A stretch of 64,000 bases of DNA, taken from Klebsiella pneumoniae (GTDB lineage Bacteria > Myxococcota_A > UBA796 > SXON01). Positions 1-9,396 of the stretch are shown here, one piece after another. Numbering within the stretch: position 1 is the first letter of the stretch; every line of letters starts with the position of its first letter. The stretch covers positions 36,858 to 100,857 of the forward strand of contig CAMAWH010000015.1 in NCBI GenBank assembly GCA_945861635.1, written 5' to 3'. The translations under genes and the position numbers were made by a program. The notes below the pieces were generated by a model. The model searched no databases. It saw nothing but the letters and a program-made list of their open reading frames with translations, and was not told the origin of the DNA.

Positions 1-26
1 TACGGCATCAACGATATAAGCGACGC

Positions 27-524
27 TCATCGGAAGCTCCCGCAAGTCAGCATTTGTGACCCGTAGTAGGGGTTTGCAATCGTATCGCCGGTTTGAATCC
101 AACCGGCGTCAAACATCGGGCAAAACGCTTCCCGCACTTTCATGTCGCCGCCCGCGTGCCCATGCACGTATCCGAGGAGGTCGGTGCTGACGCCCTTCAA
201 GCCCGTGCGCTTGTCGGCAATGGGTTTCCCAGCGAGCATGGCCAGCTTGTCAGCCACCGGGGCGAGGTCGGCGTCGGTGTGGATAGCCGCTGTGAGCGCT
301 GTCAATTCCGAGTCGCCGTCTTTGTCAGCGGCGAGCGCCGCGTTCAAGTCGGCGTACGCCTTCACGATTGCGGTGGACTCGGGGTTGTCACAGCAATCAA
401 GCGCCGCGGTGTTGACGACCGGCGTCGGGGCAGCGGGCGGAGGCGGCACGGCCGCAATTTCGGGCGCCGGGGGCGTCGAAGGGGCGCCGCCCGTACAGGC
501 GAGCGCGAGGAGGAAGGCGAGCAT
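27..524 (-). CDS. DUF3347-like metal-binding lipoprotein
   Basis: LALAC lipobox; C-terminal CPM...W.Q....IANPYYGS.MLTCG motif typical of DUF3347/CusB-associated proteins. ATG at 524 (GTG 533 possible). Confidence 0.7.
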   Translation of the reverse strand: MLAFLLALACTGGAPSTPPAPEIAAVPPPPAAPTPVVNTAALDCCDNPESTAIVKAYADLNAALAADKDGDSELTALTAAIHTDADLAPVADKLAMLAGKPIADKRTGLKGVSTDLLGYVHGHAGGDMKVREAFCPMFDAGWIQTGDTIANPYYGSQMLTCGSFR

Positions 525-611
525 CTGCGGCACCTAACCGGTCGGCAGCGAGGTTACCCCGCCCGCGCGAGGTAAGCGTCGTCACGCGCGGTTGCTTGCA
601 GGCGCTCGCAG

Positions 612-778
612 TACGGAGCCGTCCAAAAATAACTGGCAGCACCGAGGGCGTCGGCGCGCCGCGAGCGCAAGGCGAGAAGAGCGAGCATACGCCAGTATGT
701 GCGCGATGAGCAACGCAGCGATCGTGGATACGACGGCGGCCGAATGCGTCAGTTGTTTTTGGACGGCGACTACGGAGC
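612..778. mobile_element. MITE-like palindromic element
   Basis: Inverted repeat GCCGTCCAAAAATAACTG (618-635) / CAGTTGTTTTTGGACGGC (750-767), 17/18 match. Internal GCATAC-GCCA-GTATGT hairpin. TACGGAGC occurs at 612-619 and 771-778. Confidence 0.55.
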
Positions 779-913
779 GGGTCCCAGGGATCGCCGTGAC
801 GGTCGCTGGGCCGTCGCGTACGGGTGTACGATCCGCATGCGATCAACCGGAGACGGACCGCCACTTGATTCGACCGCGAGCGCGCGTTAGGCACGCGGGC
901 GAGTGAGGTTCCG

Positions 914-1159
914 ATGGGTCGCACGTTTGGCTGGGTGATCGGTGGCGCGCTGATGGCGTGCGGTGTTCTCAACCTGCTGTTCAGCTTCGGAACGCCCTAC
1001 GGTGACATTGCGCTGAGCCTCGACAAGGTCGGTGCGGACGCCATGGGAGATGTCGGGCCGTTCGATCGCATTTTTGTCACGATCGTTTGCTTTGCGATCG
1101 GCCTTCCCACGCTCATCGGCCTGAATGCCACGCAGTGGAAGAACACCGACGGCTACTGA
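914..1159 (+). CDS. small membrane protein (two TM segments)
   Basis: GAGG RBS upstream, two hydrophobic stretches, ends just before nadE. Confidence 0.65.
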   Translation: MGRTFGWVIGGALMACGVLNLLFSFGTPYGDIALSLDKVGADAMGDVGPFDRIFVTIVCFAIGLPTLIGLNATQWKNTDGY

Positions 1160-1163
1160 ACCG

Positions 1164-2768
1164 GTGCGAATACTCGTTGCTCAGGCTTCGCCGGTCGTGG
1201 GGGATGTGGAGGGGAACTACCAGGCTTGCATTGAGGCGATTGGCGCTGCTCATTCTGCCGGCGCGCGCATCATGCTTACGACAGAACTCGCACTTTCCGG
1301 GTACCCGCCGCGCGATTTGTTGGAGCGCGAGGACCTGATTGCCGCGTGCCGCCTCGCCGCGGAGCACGTGGCGGCGGCGACGGCGAACACGGCGGTCATC
1401 GCGATTTTCGGTTGCCCGTGGCAGGACGGCGGTCTCAGAAACGCTGCGGTGATCGCGGCGGAAGGACGGATCGTTGCGGTGTGCTACAAGACGCTTTTGC
1501 CGACTTACGACGTATTTGACGAGGCTCGGTGGTTTGTCGCGTGCGACGATCCACAACCGGTTGTCGTCGGCGGTCTCAGAATTGGCGTGACGATCTGTGA
1601 AGACATCTGGAACGAGCCGGGAATTGGACACCGCTACGCCGTCGACCCGCTGACCCGCATGGGGGGGTGCGACGTCGTCGTGAACCTGAGCGCTTCTCCG
1701 TTTCACGCCGGCAAGAGCGGCGTGCGCCTTGCGCTTTTGCGGCGGCAGGCCGAGCAGGTAGGCTGCCCGATCGTCTACGCCAATATGGTCGGCGGGAACG
1801 ATGAACTGCTTTTCGACGGCGGTTCGCTCGCCGTAGCGGCCGACGGGCGCCTGCTCGCGTGCGCCGGAAGGTGGCAGCCGGAGCGCATGTTGGTTGCGAC
1901 GGATGGCGTCGGCATGTCCCCGTCGGCGGAGGCATCGTTTGAGGAAGAGGTCATTGACGGATTGACGATGGGCGTCCGGGATTATGCGTCGCGATGTGGA
2001 TTTCGCACCGCGCTCATCGGCCTGAGCGGTGGCATCGACAGCGCGTTGGTTGCGACGCTTGCGGCACGCGCACTCGGACCGGAGCGCGTGGTCGCGGTCG
2101 GCATGCCGGGTCCGTTTTCGTCCGCGGGCAGCGTGGTGGATGCTCGCGCACTCGCGGATACACTCGGCATCGCATTTTCAGTAATGCCGATCGACGGGAT
2201 CGTAGGCGCGTTCGGCGGCGCGTTGATGATTCCTCCCGGAGCGCACGACGTCACCGCCCAGAACATCCAGGCACGTGCGCGCGGCACACTCCTGATGGCA
2301 CTCTCGAACCGTGACGGGCACCTCCTGCTCACGACGGGAAATAAAAGCGAGATGGCCGTCGGCTATTGCACGCTCTACGGCGACATGAATGGCGGTCTCG
2401 CGGTCATCGGCGACGTATTCAAGACGGACGTATATCGAATGGCGCGCTGGCTTAATCGAGACCATGAGATCATCCCTTCTTCAACCTTGGATAAACCCCC
2501 ATCCGCGGAGTTGGCGCCCGACCAAACGGATCAGGATTCTCTCCCCCCCTACGTAGTTCTTGATGCGATTCTGCACCTTTACGTGGAGGGTGTGGTCGAT
2601 CCTGACGCAATCGTTGCACGCGGTCATCCCCGCGAACTCGTTGAGCGCGTGGTACGGATGGTGGTACGAAGCGAGTACAAACGGTGGCAGGCCGCGCCGG
2701 TTCTGCGGGTGAGCCCGCGGGCGTTCGGCAGTGGACGCCGCATTCCCCTCGCGCAACGCTGGAAATGA
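1164..2768 (+). CDS. nadE: glutamine-dependent NAD+ synthetase
   Basis: Nitrilase domain (ELALSGYPP, YDVFDEARWF, ICEDIW) plus synthetase motifs GLSGGIDS, NIQARARG, TGNKSE, GYCTLYGD, KPPSAEL. GTG start chosen at 1164. Confidence 0.95.
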   Translation: MRILVAQASPVVGDVEGNYQACIEAIGAAHSAGARIMLTTELALSGYPPRDLLEREDLIAACRLAAEHVAAATANTAVIAIFGCPWQDGGLRNAAVIAAEGRIVAVCYKTLLPTYDVFDEARWFVACDDPQPVVVGGLRIGVTICEDIWNEPGIGHRYAVDPLTRMGGCDVVVNLSASPFHAGKSGVRLALLRRQAEQVGCPIVYANMVGGNDELLFDGGSLAVAADGRLLACAGRWQPERMLVATDGVGMSPSAEASFEEEVIDGLTMGVRDYASRCGFRTALIGLSGGIDSALVATLAARALGPERVVAVGMPGPFSSAGSVVDARALADTLGIAFSVMPIDGIVGAFGGALMIPPGAHDVTAQNIQARARGTLLMALSNRDGHLLLTTGNKSEMAVGYCTLYGDMNGGLAVIGDVFKTDVYRMARWLNRDHEIIPSSTLDKPPSAELAPDQTDQDSLPPYVVLDAILHLYVEGVVDPDAIVARGHPRELVERVVRMVVRSEYKRWQAAPVLRVSPRAFGSGRRIPLAQRWK

Positions 2769-3760
2769 TGCCCATGCCCCGCCCCGAAGGCCGATTCCGC
2801 CGCCCGCTCGCTGCCGAGATCGAGCGGTTGGCGGGGGATTTGCGGGGGTCGTTGGGGCCGATCGACGAGGCCCTGGCTTCGCTGGCGGCGGGAGACGGTC
2901 TGCCGCCCGGCCTTGAGCCAGAAGTCCTGTTTGCAGGTGGCGTGCCGCGTATTCGACCGTTGCTCGTCCTGCTCGCCAGCCGGTCTGGTGAATTGCAAGG
3001 ACAGGACCCGCAGGCCGCAGCGGAGGTCGCGTACATCGCTGAGTTGCTGCACACCGCCATCCGTCTGCACGACGCGGCCCTTGGTCGGCCGCACGGACGC
3101 CGGCGGCGTGCGGCTCGCAGGGTGCTTGGCAGCGCTGCGCATTGGCTCGGCGCCAACCACGTCATGCTGCGCGCGTTGGAGATCGCTCGACGCGCCCCGG
3201 CGCCGGAAATCCTGGGCGACGCGCTCGATACCTGGCGGGAAGTCAGCGAGGTTCACGCTCTCGGAGAAGCATTGCGCCGCCGACCGGCCACAGTTTCCGA
3301 CGCGGTGCAACTGGCGGAGGGGCACACGGGGGCCGTGTTTTCCTTTTCCTGCCGCGCCGGTGGGCGGTTGGGGGGGCTCGATCGACCGGTGTTGACCGCG
3401 TTGGGCCGCTACGGGCGTCATGTCGGCGTTGGTGTGCATATCGGTGAGGACATGGCGGTGTTCGAGCGCCCCGACAACTGGCGGATGCTGCCGCCGCGTC
3501 CCGCGCTTTTTCCCGTCGCAAGTGCGGGGGAGCGTGACCCGGGCGTCAACGACCTGTGGCGGAAAATGCTTGCGCGTCCCGACGGTCGCGTAGCCGAAGA
3601 ACTCGGCGAGCGCGTGCGCGCTGGTGGCGGAATGCAGGCCGGGAGAGAGGCGATGGTGCGCCAGAGTTGGGCGGCGCGGAAGGCGCTTACGGCCCTGCCG
3701 GAGTCGCCGGCGCGGGATGCTCTCGATCGGATCGCGGGGAGTTTGGGAAAGGCAGCGTAA
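2765..3760 (+). CDS. polyprenyl synthetase-family protein with degenerate Asp-rich motifs
   Basis: GG..RIRPLL, AELLHTA and HTGAVF segments match the family, but FARM reads LHDAALG and SARM reads HIGEDMA. ATGA overlap with the nadE stop. Confidence 0.75.
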   Translation: MMPMPRPEGRFRRPLAAEIERLAGDLRGSLGPIDEALASLAAGDGLPPGLEPEVLFAGGVPRIRPLLVLLASRSGELQGQDPQAAAEVAYIAELLHTAIRLHDAALGRPHGRRRRAARRVLGSAAHWLGANHVMLRALEIARRAPAPEILGDALDTWREVSEVHALGEALRRRPATVSDAVQLAEGHTGAVFSFSCRAGGRLGGLDRPVLTALGRYGRHVGVGVHIGEDMAVFERPDNWRMLPPRPALFPVASAGERDPGVNDLWRKMLARPDGRVAEELGERVRAGGGMQAGREAMVRQSWAARKALTALPESPARDALDRIAGSLGKAA

Positions 3761-4037
3761 GCACCCGTCTGAAACTCGGCGAGGTCCGCTTCCCAAGTGG
3801 AGCGCCGCGCCCCTCATCCCGTCTACCCTCCGCGCTATCCACAAACGACCTCCCCATCTTCCCCTTCGGCATAGATAGTTCGTAGCGGGAGGTTTACAAG
3901 CTGTTGACCATCGCGAAAGTTACCCGTTCATGGTACCAAGTCCGCGGGGTGCAGGCAACGTGGGAGACTGTCGAGGTCCGGCTCGGCCATACGCACTGCG
4001 GACGGTATCTCTCTCTCGATACAGGAAGGAAGGACCT

Positions 4038-4420
4038 ATGGCAGCGATCAAGCGGCGTTCACTTCGTTGGATGCGGTTCGGCGCAATCTCCACGACTTCG
4101 GTGTTCATCCCCGCCACCGAGTGGGAAGACATCGCGGGCATTACCGCCGCTCGTTCCGTGAGTGAAATGCGAGGAAAGACGGGCAACGCGAACGCCCAAC
4201 TCGGGTTCAGACCGCCAACGACATTCGAACCCCCGACTCGCCCGCCATCGGGATCGGCACGTTGATGACCGCGGACGGTATGTCGGACCCGGCCGGGGAG
4301 ACGAACATCGCCTCCGGGACGAAGCAGTACATCCGCGCGGGGTGGCTCGTTTCCGTGTCGTCGGGCAGCACGCTCGCCTGCGGCAGCGTCGCGGGCGAAG
4401 TGCAATTCATCTCCGCCTAG
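4038..4420 (+). pseudogene. hypothetical protein split by a single-base frameshift near 4208
   Basis: Strong AGGAAGG RBS and ATG at 4038. MAAIKRR...AQLGF continues in another frame as QTANDIRTPD...KQYIRAGWLV...VQFISA* with normal codon bias. Confidence 0.55.
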
Positions 4421-4430
4421 GCGGACCGGC

Positions 4431-5609
4431 ATGCCGTTCCCCGCTTCTCGCACGATTCCCCTTCACGCCGTTTTTCTGAGCTCGGTATGTGAGGGTCGCG
4501 TGCCGGATCCCGGCGGCACATATACGGGGAGCTGGTTGCACGCCGTCGTGGACGACGACGGCAATCTTGTGCTGTCCACCGAACACAGGATCAAGCCTCT
4601 GGATGACCAAGACCTCTACCTCGTGAAGATGGCGGAGGCGGAGGTCATCGACCCGACGATGGCGACGTGGTCGTCGTTGTCGTGGACGGCGCTGGGTCTG
4701 ATCTCCACGTCTCTGCCAGACACCCCTACCATTCGTTGTAGCGTCTCCGATCACTGGCACGTGTTCGCGGGGGGAACGCACTGGCTCTCGTTCAACGGCA
4801 CGCCCTCGGCGTCGATCGGTCTCGTCTCGGTTTCTATGAACCTACTGACCGTGTCGACGCCCATCACGGTGGCCACCGCCCTTGACGACAAGATCTCGAC
4901 AAACGATCACTTCCTCGTAGCCGCGGACGGCGATCTGGCGGTTGGGGCGCGGTACGGGAAAACCAGTGCGCTCAAGATCTTTCCGGTCGACTACTCGGGT
5001 TCGGTGGGGACGGTCGTCGAATTCGCGGGGCCGGCAAGTCGCTCTGCGTGTTCGGCCAACGCGGGCGGGTCCGCCGTGGGCGACCCGCAGACCAAGACGA
5101 AAATGGGATACCATGGGTTTTGGCCGTTCCTTTCGAAAAGCCACACGTTCGACTACGTCGATGTGTTGGTGCCGTCCGAAATCGGCATCGCGCCACCGAG
5201 CGAGGTGAATGTTCTGAGAACGCTTCCGCCCGCGTGGAGAACGCCTCTGGGCGCCCGAGCCACGATTCCGACACCGGCCGACCCGAACCGCAGCATCGGG
5301 TTCCCGACCGCAGTCGTCCTCTCCAACGGCTGGCGCGTTGTCACGTACCGCAGCGTGGATGTCACGATGGGAGACGACAATCGAGGCAGTATGTGCCCGC
5401 AGACCTACGATGACGACTGGAATGTCTGGGGACACGAGACCGTGCTGTTCGACGCAGAGTCAACCACGAACGCCGGGCTGTACGGCGCCCAGCGCCCACA
5501 CATGTGCCTGTACGGGGACTACCTCATCACCACCTGGGACGTCTGGGACATCGCGAACACCCGGGGCTACGGGCTGTACATGCGCGTGGATTCGATCACG
5601 ATCCGATAG
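4431..5609 (+). CDS. hypothetical protein (392 aa, beta-rich)
   Basis: Long ORF with GC3-biased codons, 10 nt after the previous gene; no family recognised. Confidence 0.65.
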   Translation: MPFPASRTIPLHAVFLSSVCEGRVPDPGGTYTGSWLHAVVDDDGNLVLSTEHRIKPLDDQDLYLVKMAEAEVIDPTMATWSSLSWTALGLISTSLPDTPTIRCSVSDHWHVFAGGTHWLSFNGTPSASIGLVSVSMNLLTVSTPITVATALDDKISTNDHFLVAADGDLAVGARYGKTSALKIFPVDYSGSVGTVVEFAGPASRSACSANAGGSAVGDPQTKTKMGYHGFWPFLSKSHTFDYVDVLVPSEIGIAPPSEVNVLRTLPPAWRTPLGARATIPTPADPNRSIGFPTAVVLSNGWRVVTYRSVDVTMGDDNRGSMCPQTYDDDWNVWGHETVLFDAESTTNAGLYGAQRPHMCLYGDYLITTWDVWDIANTRGYGLYMRVDSITIR

Positions 5610-5651
5610 TCCAGCGCTTGGCCGCTTCGCCCGTCAGCGCCGCGCCGCGCA

Positions 5652-6626
5652 TTACAACCCTTGACCGTAAAACAATTCATACCGGGGTGTGCCGTAGTAG
5701 CTGATCGCTGCGGCTCGCGTTCCGACCAGAGTGTCCGGGGCGCCATCCCCGCTCACGTCGCCCACCCGGAAGCATCGCTCTCCAAAGCTCACATCCTCCA
5801 CGGAGCCGGTGAAGGTCGCGTCACTCGCTCCGAGCACGTACGCACCGGCTTCTCGCGCGCCTCCGTAGATCAGGTAGGCTTGTTCGACATCCTCAGCGTC
5901 GGCGCTCGTCAGCAAATCGCCCTTGCCGTCGCCGTCGATGTCCCCCGGCGCGCCGACGAGGAGTGTGGCCACATCTACGCCGTCCGCATAGGAGGCGAGC
6001 CCCGCGCCATCCAAGTGGGATCTACCCTCGCCGACCAGAACGGCCCACGCATCGACGAGCTCTGACGCTCCGCTCACCCCACCGCGGGCGATGTACACGC
6101 CCAGACCACGGCCGGGCGTCGAATCGAGGTAATTGCCATCTTCGCCAAATGCCAGATCGCGAACGCCGTCTCCGTCCATGTCGCTGATGCCAACGATGGT
6201 ATCGTCTCCCGCTTCGCGCTCGGGCCCGGTGAACTGCGCATCGGCCTCGGCTCGGGTCGTGTCACCCGTGAGGCGGCAATCGTTCGAGGTTCCGTCACAA
6301 TCGTCATCGACACGGTTTCCGCACACCTCCGTTCCGCCAGGATGTGCGTCCGCATCATCGGGGGCACAATCCTCGTCGTTGCGATAGCCATCCCCGTCTC
6401 GGTCCAACGAGCCGGAGTCGATTTCACCCGAATCGTCGGGCACGGAATCGTCGGCGTCGGACTCCGTACGACCGTTCTTCGAGCCAGAAGCCACGGTGGC
6501 ACACCCGCCGACGGCCGGGAGTAGCGTCAGTAGCAACGCAAAGGCGGTCTGTGGGCGCGAAATGGACCCAGAGACACGACCCACTCGCTTAGCTCCAAGC
6601 CGAGGATGACATGCGTAGGTGCGCAT
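5652..6626 (-). CDS. secreted/lipoprotein with myxobacterial metal-binding motif and FG-GAP repeats
   Basis: DRDGDGY..DC.P.D...HPG..EVC.N.VDDDCDG motif; repeated GD.DGDG..DL FG-GAP units; start uncertain. Confidence 0.7.
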   Translation of the reverse strand: MRTYACHPRLGAKRVGRVSGSISRPQTAFALLLTLLPAVGGCATVASGSKNGRTESDADDSVPDDSGEIDSGSLDRDGDGYRNDEDCAPDDADAHPGGTEVCGNRVDDDCDGTSNDCRLTGDTTRAEADAQFTGPEREAGDDTIVGISDMDGDGVRDLAFGEDGNYLDSTPGRGLGVYIARGGVSGASELVDAWAVLVGEGRSHLDGAGLASYADGVDVATLLVGAPGDIDGDGKGDLLTSADAEDVEQAYLIYGGAREAGAYVLGASDATFTGSVEDVSFGERCFRVGDVSGDGAPDTLVGTRAAAISYYGTPRYELFYGQGL

Positions 6627-6638
6627 GTCATCCCCCTC

Positions 6639-7988
6639 TTAGTCCCGTGCAAGCTCGTAGTTCGTCACGTAGACGGCCGCCGCGTAGTAGCCGCCCTCCG
6701 CGACGGCGGAGGTGCTCGCTCCAGAAATGCGAACGAAATAATCCCCCGGATCAGCGGGTAGGTTGACGACGTGCGGGTCCTCGCCGTCGAACGCATCCTC
6801 GGCCAACACGCTTCCACTTGCGTCGAGCACCGCAACGGTTGCCGCGAGCATCGAGCCGTACGCCGAGGCCCACATGTCCACGGTAATGTAGGCGTCCGCT
6901 GTGGTGACGGTGATTTCGTAGACGTCGGCCAGGTCGTCGATCCCGAGCGTGCCCTGGGTCCCGCGCGACCACGCCTCTCCCGAATCGACATCGACCGCGT
7001 CCAGTGGAAGCGCCGTGGCCACGTCCACGTCGTCGTTCGGCTCCACTTCCCGACTCCTGGCGCCGAAACCCTCCTCTTGGACCTGTACGAAGGCGACACC
7101 CCACGTGTTCGCGTCCCCGGCCGCGCGGGCATCCTCCGCCCCCAAAACGTATCGTGTGCCGGCGGCGCCGACGAGCCATGCCGCATCTTCGGAAGTTGGG
7201 GCTGCCTTTTCGAGAATGGTCTCGCCATCCGTGTTGCGCAGCGTGTACACCGGCTCCGCCGTCGATCCATCGACGTGCGTTGCGCCAACGACAGAGAGCC
7301 AGGTGTCTGTATACGCAAGGTCAATCCTCTGATAATCGATATCTCCAGCCTCCCCGAGCACCCAGAGGAAAGGATAGATGTATCCGGAGGCAGGTTCGAT
7401 GTCGGATCCAGTGCTCTGGGGACTATCGGGCTCCGCGCCGGCGGAGGCTTCCTTGACCGTGAGCAGATAGTCGCTGCCGAATCCACCGACCGGTGACTCG
7501 CCATAAAATGTAGAATAATCCTCGACTTTGACGTAATATGTTCCCGCCTCGGCGAGGTACGCGAAGCACACCGAATCGTCGACGGAAACGCTTCCGGCCG
7601 GGTGCTCGTCCTCCCACGCAACGCGGTGACCAGCCGAGTCAAAAATACTGACGACGCTGTTGAGGTCGTTGTCGTCTTCAAAGGTATTGACCTGGACACG
7701 CGCGAATTCCCCGCCCTCCGCCGTGATCGCGAACCAATCGGTGTCTCCGGCGGGATTGATCAGGCCGCCGATCTCGGTTTCCCAGAAGATTGCGGTGGCG
7801 GTGGCGGCGTCGTTGTCGCGATCTCCGGCGGTGCACGCCTCCTGTTCGCAGATGTAGCCGGCCTTGCAGCCGTCGTCGTTTTCGCAGGTGATGGACTCGG
7901 CAGCGTCGGAGCCGCCGTCCGTCTTTGCGGAGGGGGCAGGGGTACAGGCGGGGAGGATCAGGAGGGGGAGGGGAAGAAGGAATTGCAT
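6639..7988 (-). CDS. lipoprotein with Cys-rich N-terminus and PPC-like (pre-peptidase C-terminal) domains
   Basis: LILPAC lipobox; C..DDGC..GYIC....C; repeated GDTDWF / EVEPND / GTYYVKV motifs. Confidence 0.7.
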   Translation of the reverse strand: MQFLLPLPLLILPACTPAPSAKTDGGSDAAESITCENDDGCKAGYICEQEACTAGDRDNDAATATAIFWETEIGGLINPAGDTDWFAITAEGGEFARVQVNTFEDDNDLNSVVSIFDSAGHRVAWEDEHPAGSVSVDDSVCFAYLAEAGTYYVKVEDYSTFYGESPVGGFGSDYLLTVKEASAGAEPDSPQSTGSDIEPASGYIYPFLWVLGEAGDIDYQRIDLAYTDTWLSVVGATHVDGSTAEPVYTLRNTDGETILEKAAPTSEDAAWLVGAAGTRYVLGAEDARAAGDANTWGVAFVQVQEEGFGARSREVEPNDDVDVATALPLDAVDVDSGEAWSRGTQGTLGIDDLADVYEITVTTADAYITVDMWASAYGSMLAATVAVLDASGSVLAEDAFDGEDPHVVNLPADPGDYFVRISGASTSAVAEGGYYAAAVYVTNYELARD

Positions 7989-8133
7989 GGGCGCCAGCGT
8001 AGCATTCGATCGGGGGAATGGGGTGGAAGTCGCCAAGGCGGGGTGCACGCCACGTTCGTGGTGGACGACGACAATGGATGCGGTTGCGCCCCATTTGATG
8101 TAGGATTCGCCGCCCTCGGAAGGACAGCTGTGC

Positions 8134-8366
8134 GAGCGCTCACTGGCATCAAACCGACCGCCGCGCCCCCCTCACGGTCGGCCTTTGCGGCCGACCTCCG
8201 TGGGCGGGCTACGCCGACTACCGGCCTTGTCGGCCGGTGCGCTCGCAGCGCTCGCGCCGTCGGCTCCGCGGGCGCGGCGGTCCTCCCGGTGGCTGGGGTG
8301 CAGCGGCCTCCGCATCGGAACTCCCGTTGAGAGCGCTCACTGGCATCAAACCGACCGCCGCGCCCC
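8134..8366 (+). repeat. 36-bp direct repeat of the trpS 5' end flanking a 161-bp palindromic insert
   Basis: GAGCGCTCACTGGCATCAAACCGACCGCCGCGCCCC is identical at 8134-8169 and 8331-8366. The insert holds hairpins GGTCGGCC..GGCCGACC and ACCGGCC..GGCCGGT. Confidence 0.9.
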
Positions 8367-9316
8367 ACATCGGCAACCTGCTGGGAATGATCGAACCCGC
8401 CCTACGATTACAGTCGGATCACGACGCCTACTACTTCATCGCCGACTACCACGCGCTTACGACGCTTCATGACCGGGAGCGGATGCGGACGTACTCGACC
8501 GAAGTCGCCGCCACCTGGCTCGCGCTCGGCCTCGATCCAGCACGCACGGCGCTGTTTGTTCAGAGTGATGTCCCCGAAGTCACTGAGCTTTCCTGGTTCC
8601 TGTCCTGCGTCATCGGAATGGGGGTGCTCGAACGCGCGCACGCGTACAAGGCGGCGCAGGATCAGGGTGTTGACATCAATGCCGGCACCTTCACCTACCC
8701 GGTGCTCATGGCTGCGGACATTCTCGCCTACGACTCCAACCTCGTTCCCGTCGGTCGCGACCAGAAGCAGCACGTCGAGATGGCAAAGGACATGGCGGCG
8801 GCATTCAACGCCCGCTTTGGCGGACCGGTGCTGACGCTTCCGGAACCGCTGATCCGCGACGACGTCGCGACGATTCCCGGCCTCGATGGCAGGAAGATGT
8901 CGAAATCCTATTCCAACACCATCGAGGTGTTTGCCGACCCGAAGGCGCTTCGAAAAAAGGTGATGGCGATCGTGACCGACTCCCGCGGCCTCGACGACCC
9001 CAAGGACCCGGACACCGACAACGTGTTTGCGCTCTTTCGATTGTTCGCCACGCCCGAAAGGACAGCCGATCTGGCCCGTCGGTATCGCTTGCCCGGCCTC
9101 GGCTACGGCCACGCGAAGCAAGAATTGTTCGAGGTGATGGAAAACAGACTTGCGCCAGCGCGCGAGAGGTATGCGGAACTCCTCGCCGATCCATCGCGCA
9201 TCGACCGAGTGCTAGAAGATGGCGCCGATCGGGCTCGTCGAGTGGCCACGGCGACACTAGAGCGTGTGCGCGACGCGACGGGAATTCGCCGCGCGCCACG
9301 GGCGACCCGCCAATGA
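8327..9316 (+). CDS. trpS: tryptophan--tRNA ligase
   Basis: TGIKPT..PHIGN (HIGH), YPVLMAADIL, VPVGRDQKQH and KMSKS motifs; TTG start at 8327. Confidence 0.95.
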   Translation: MRALTGIKPTAAPHIGNLLGMIEPALRLQSDHDAYYFIADYHALTTLHDRERMRTYSTEVAATWLALGLDPARTALFVQSDVPEVTELSWFLSCVIGMGVLERAHAYKAAQDQGVDINAGTFTYPVLMAADILAYDSNLVPVGRDQKQHVEMAKDMAAAFNARFGGPVLTLPEPLIRDDVATIPGLDGRKMSKSYSNTIEVFADPKALRKKVMAIVTDSRGLDDPKDPDTDNVFALFRLFATPERTADLARRYRLPGLGYGHAKQELFEVMENRLAPARERYAELLADPSRIDRVLEDGADRARRVATATLERVRDATGIRRAPRATRQ

Positions 9317-9396
9317 CCCCGCGCCCCTTGCACACTGAAAAAAGGGACTGCGCGGGATCATTACGTTCCCATGCGGACTGCAAGCCATTCGTTCAG

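Noticed and set aside
592-906. 104-aa ORF and other ORFs overlapping 397-972
   Set aside because: They run across the palindromic element and have no recognisable motifs; better explained as non-coding.
8130-8330. Trp attenuator peptide or T-box upstream of trpS
   Set aside because: The leader ORF has no Trp codons, I see no T-box consensus or U-tailed terminator, and the exact 36-bp duplication points to an insertion.
8134-8366. CRISPR array (36-bp repeats)
   Set aside because: Only two copies, the spacer is 161 bp, the repeat is trpS coding sequence, and no cas genes are present.
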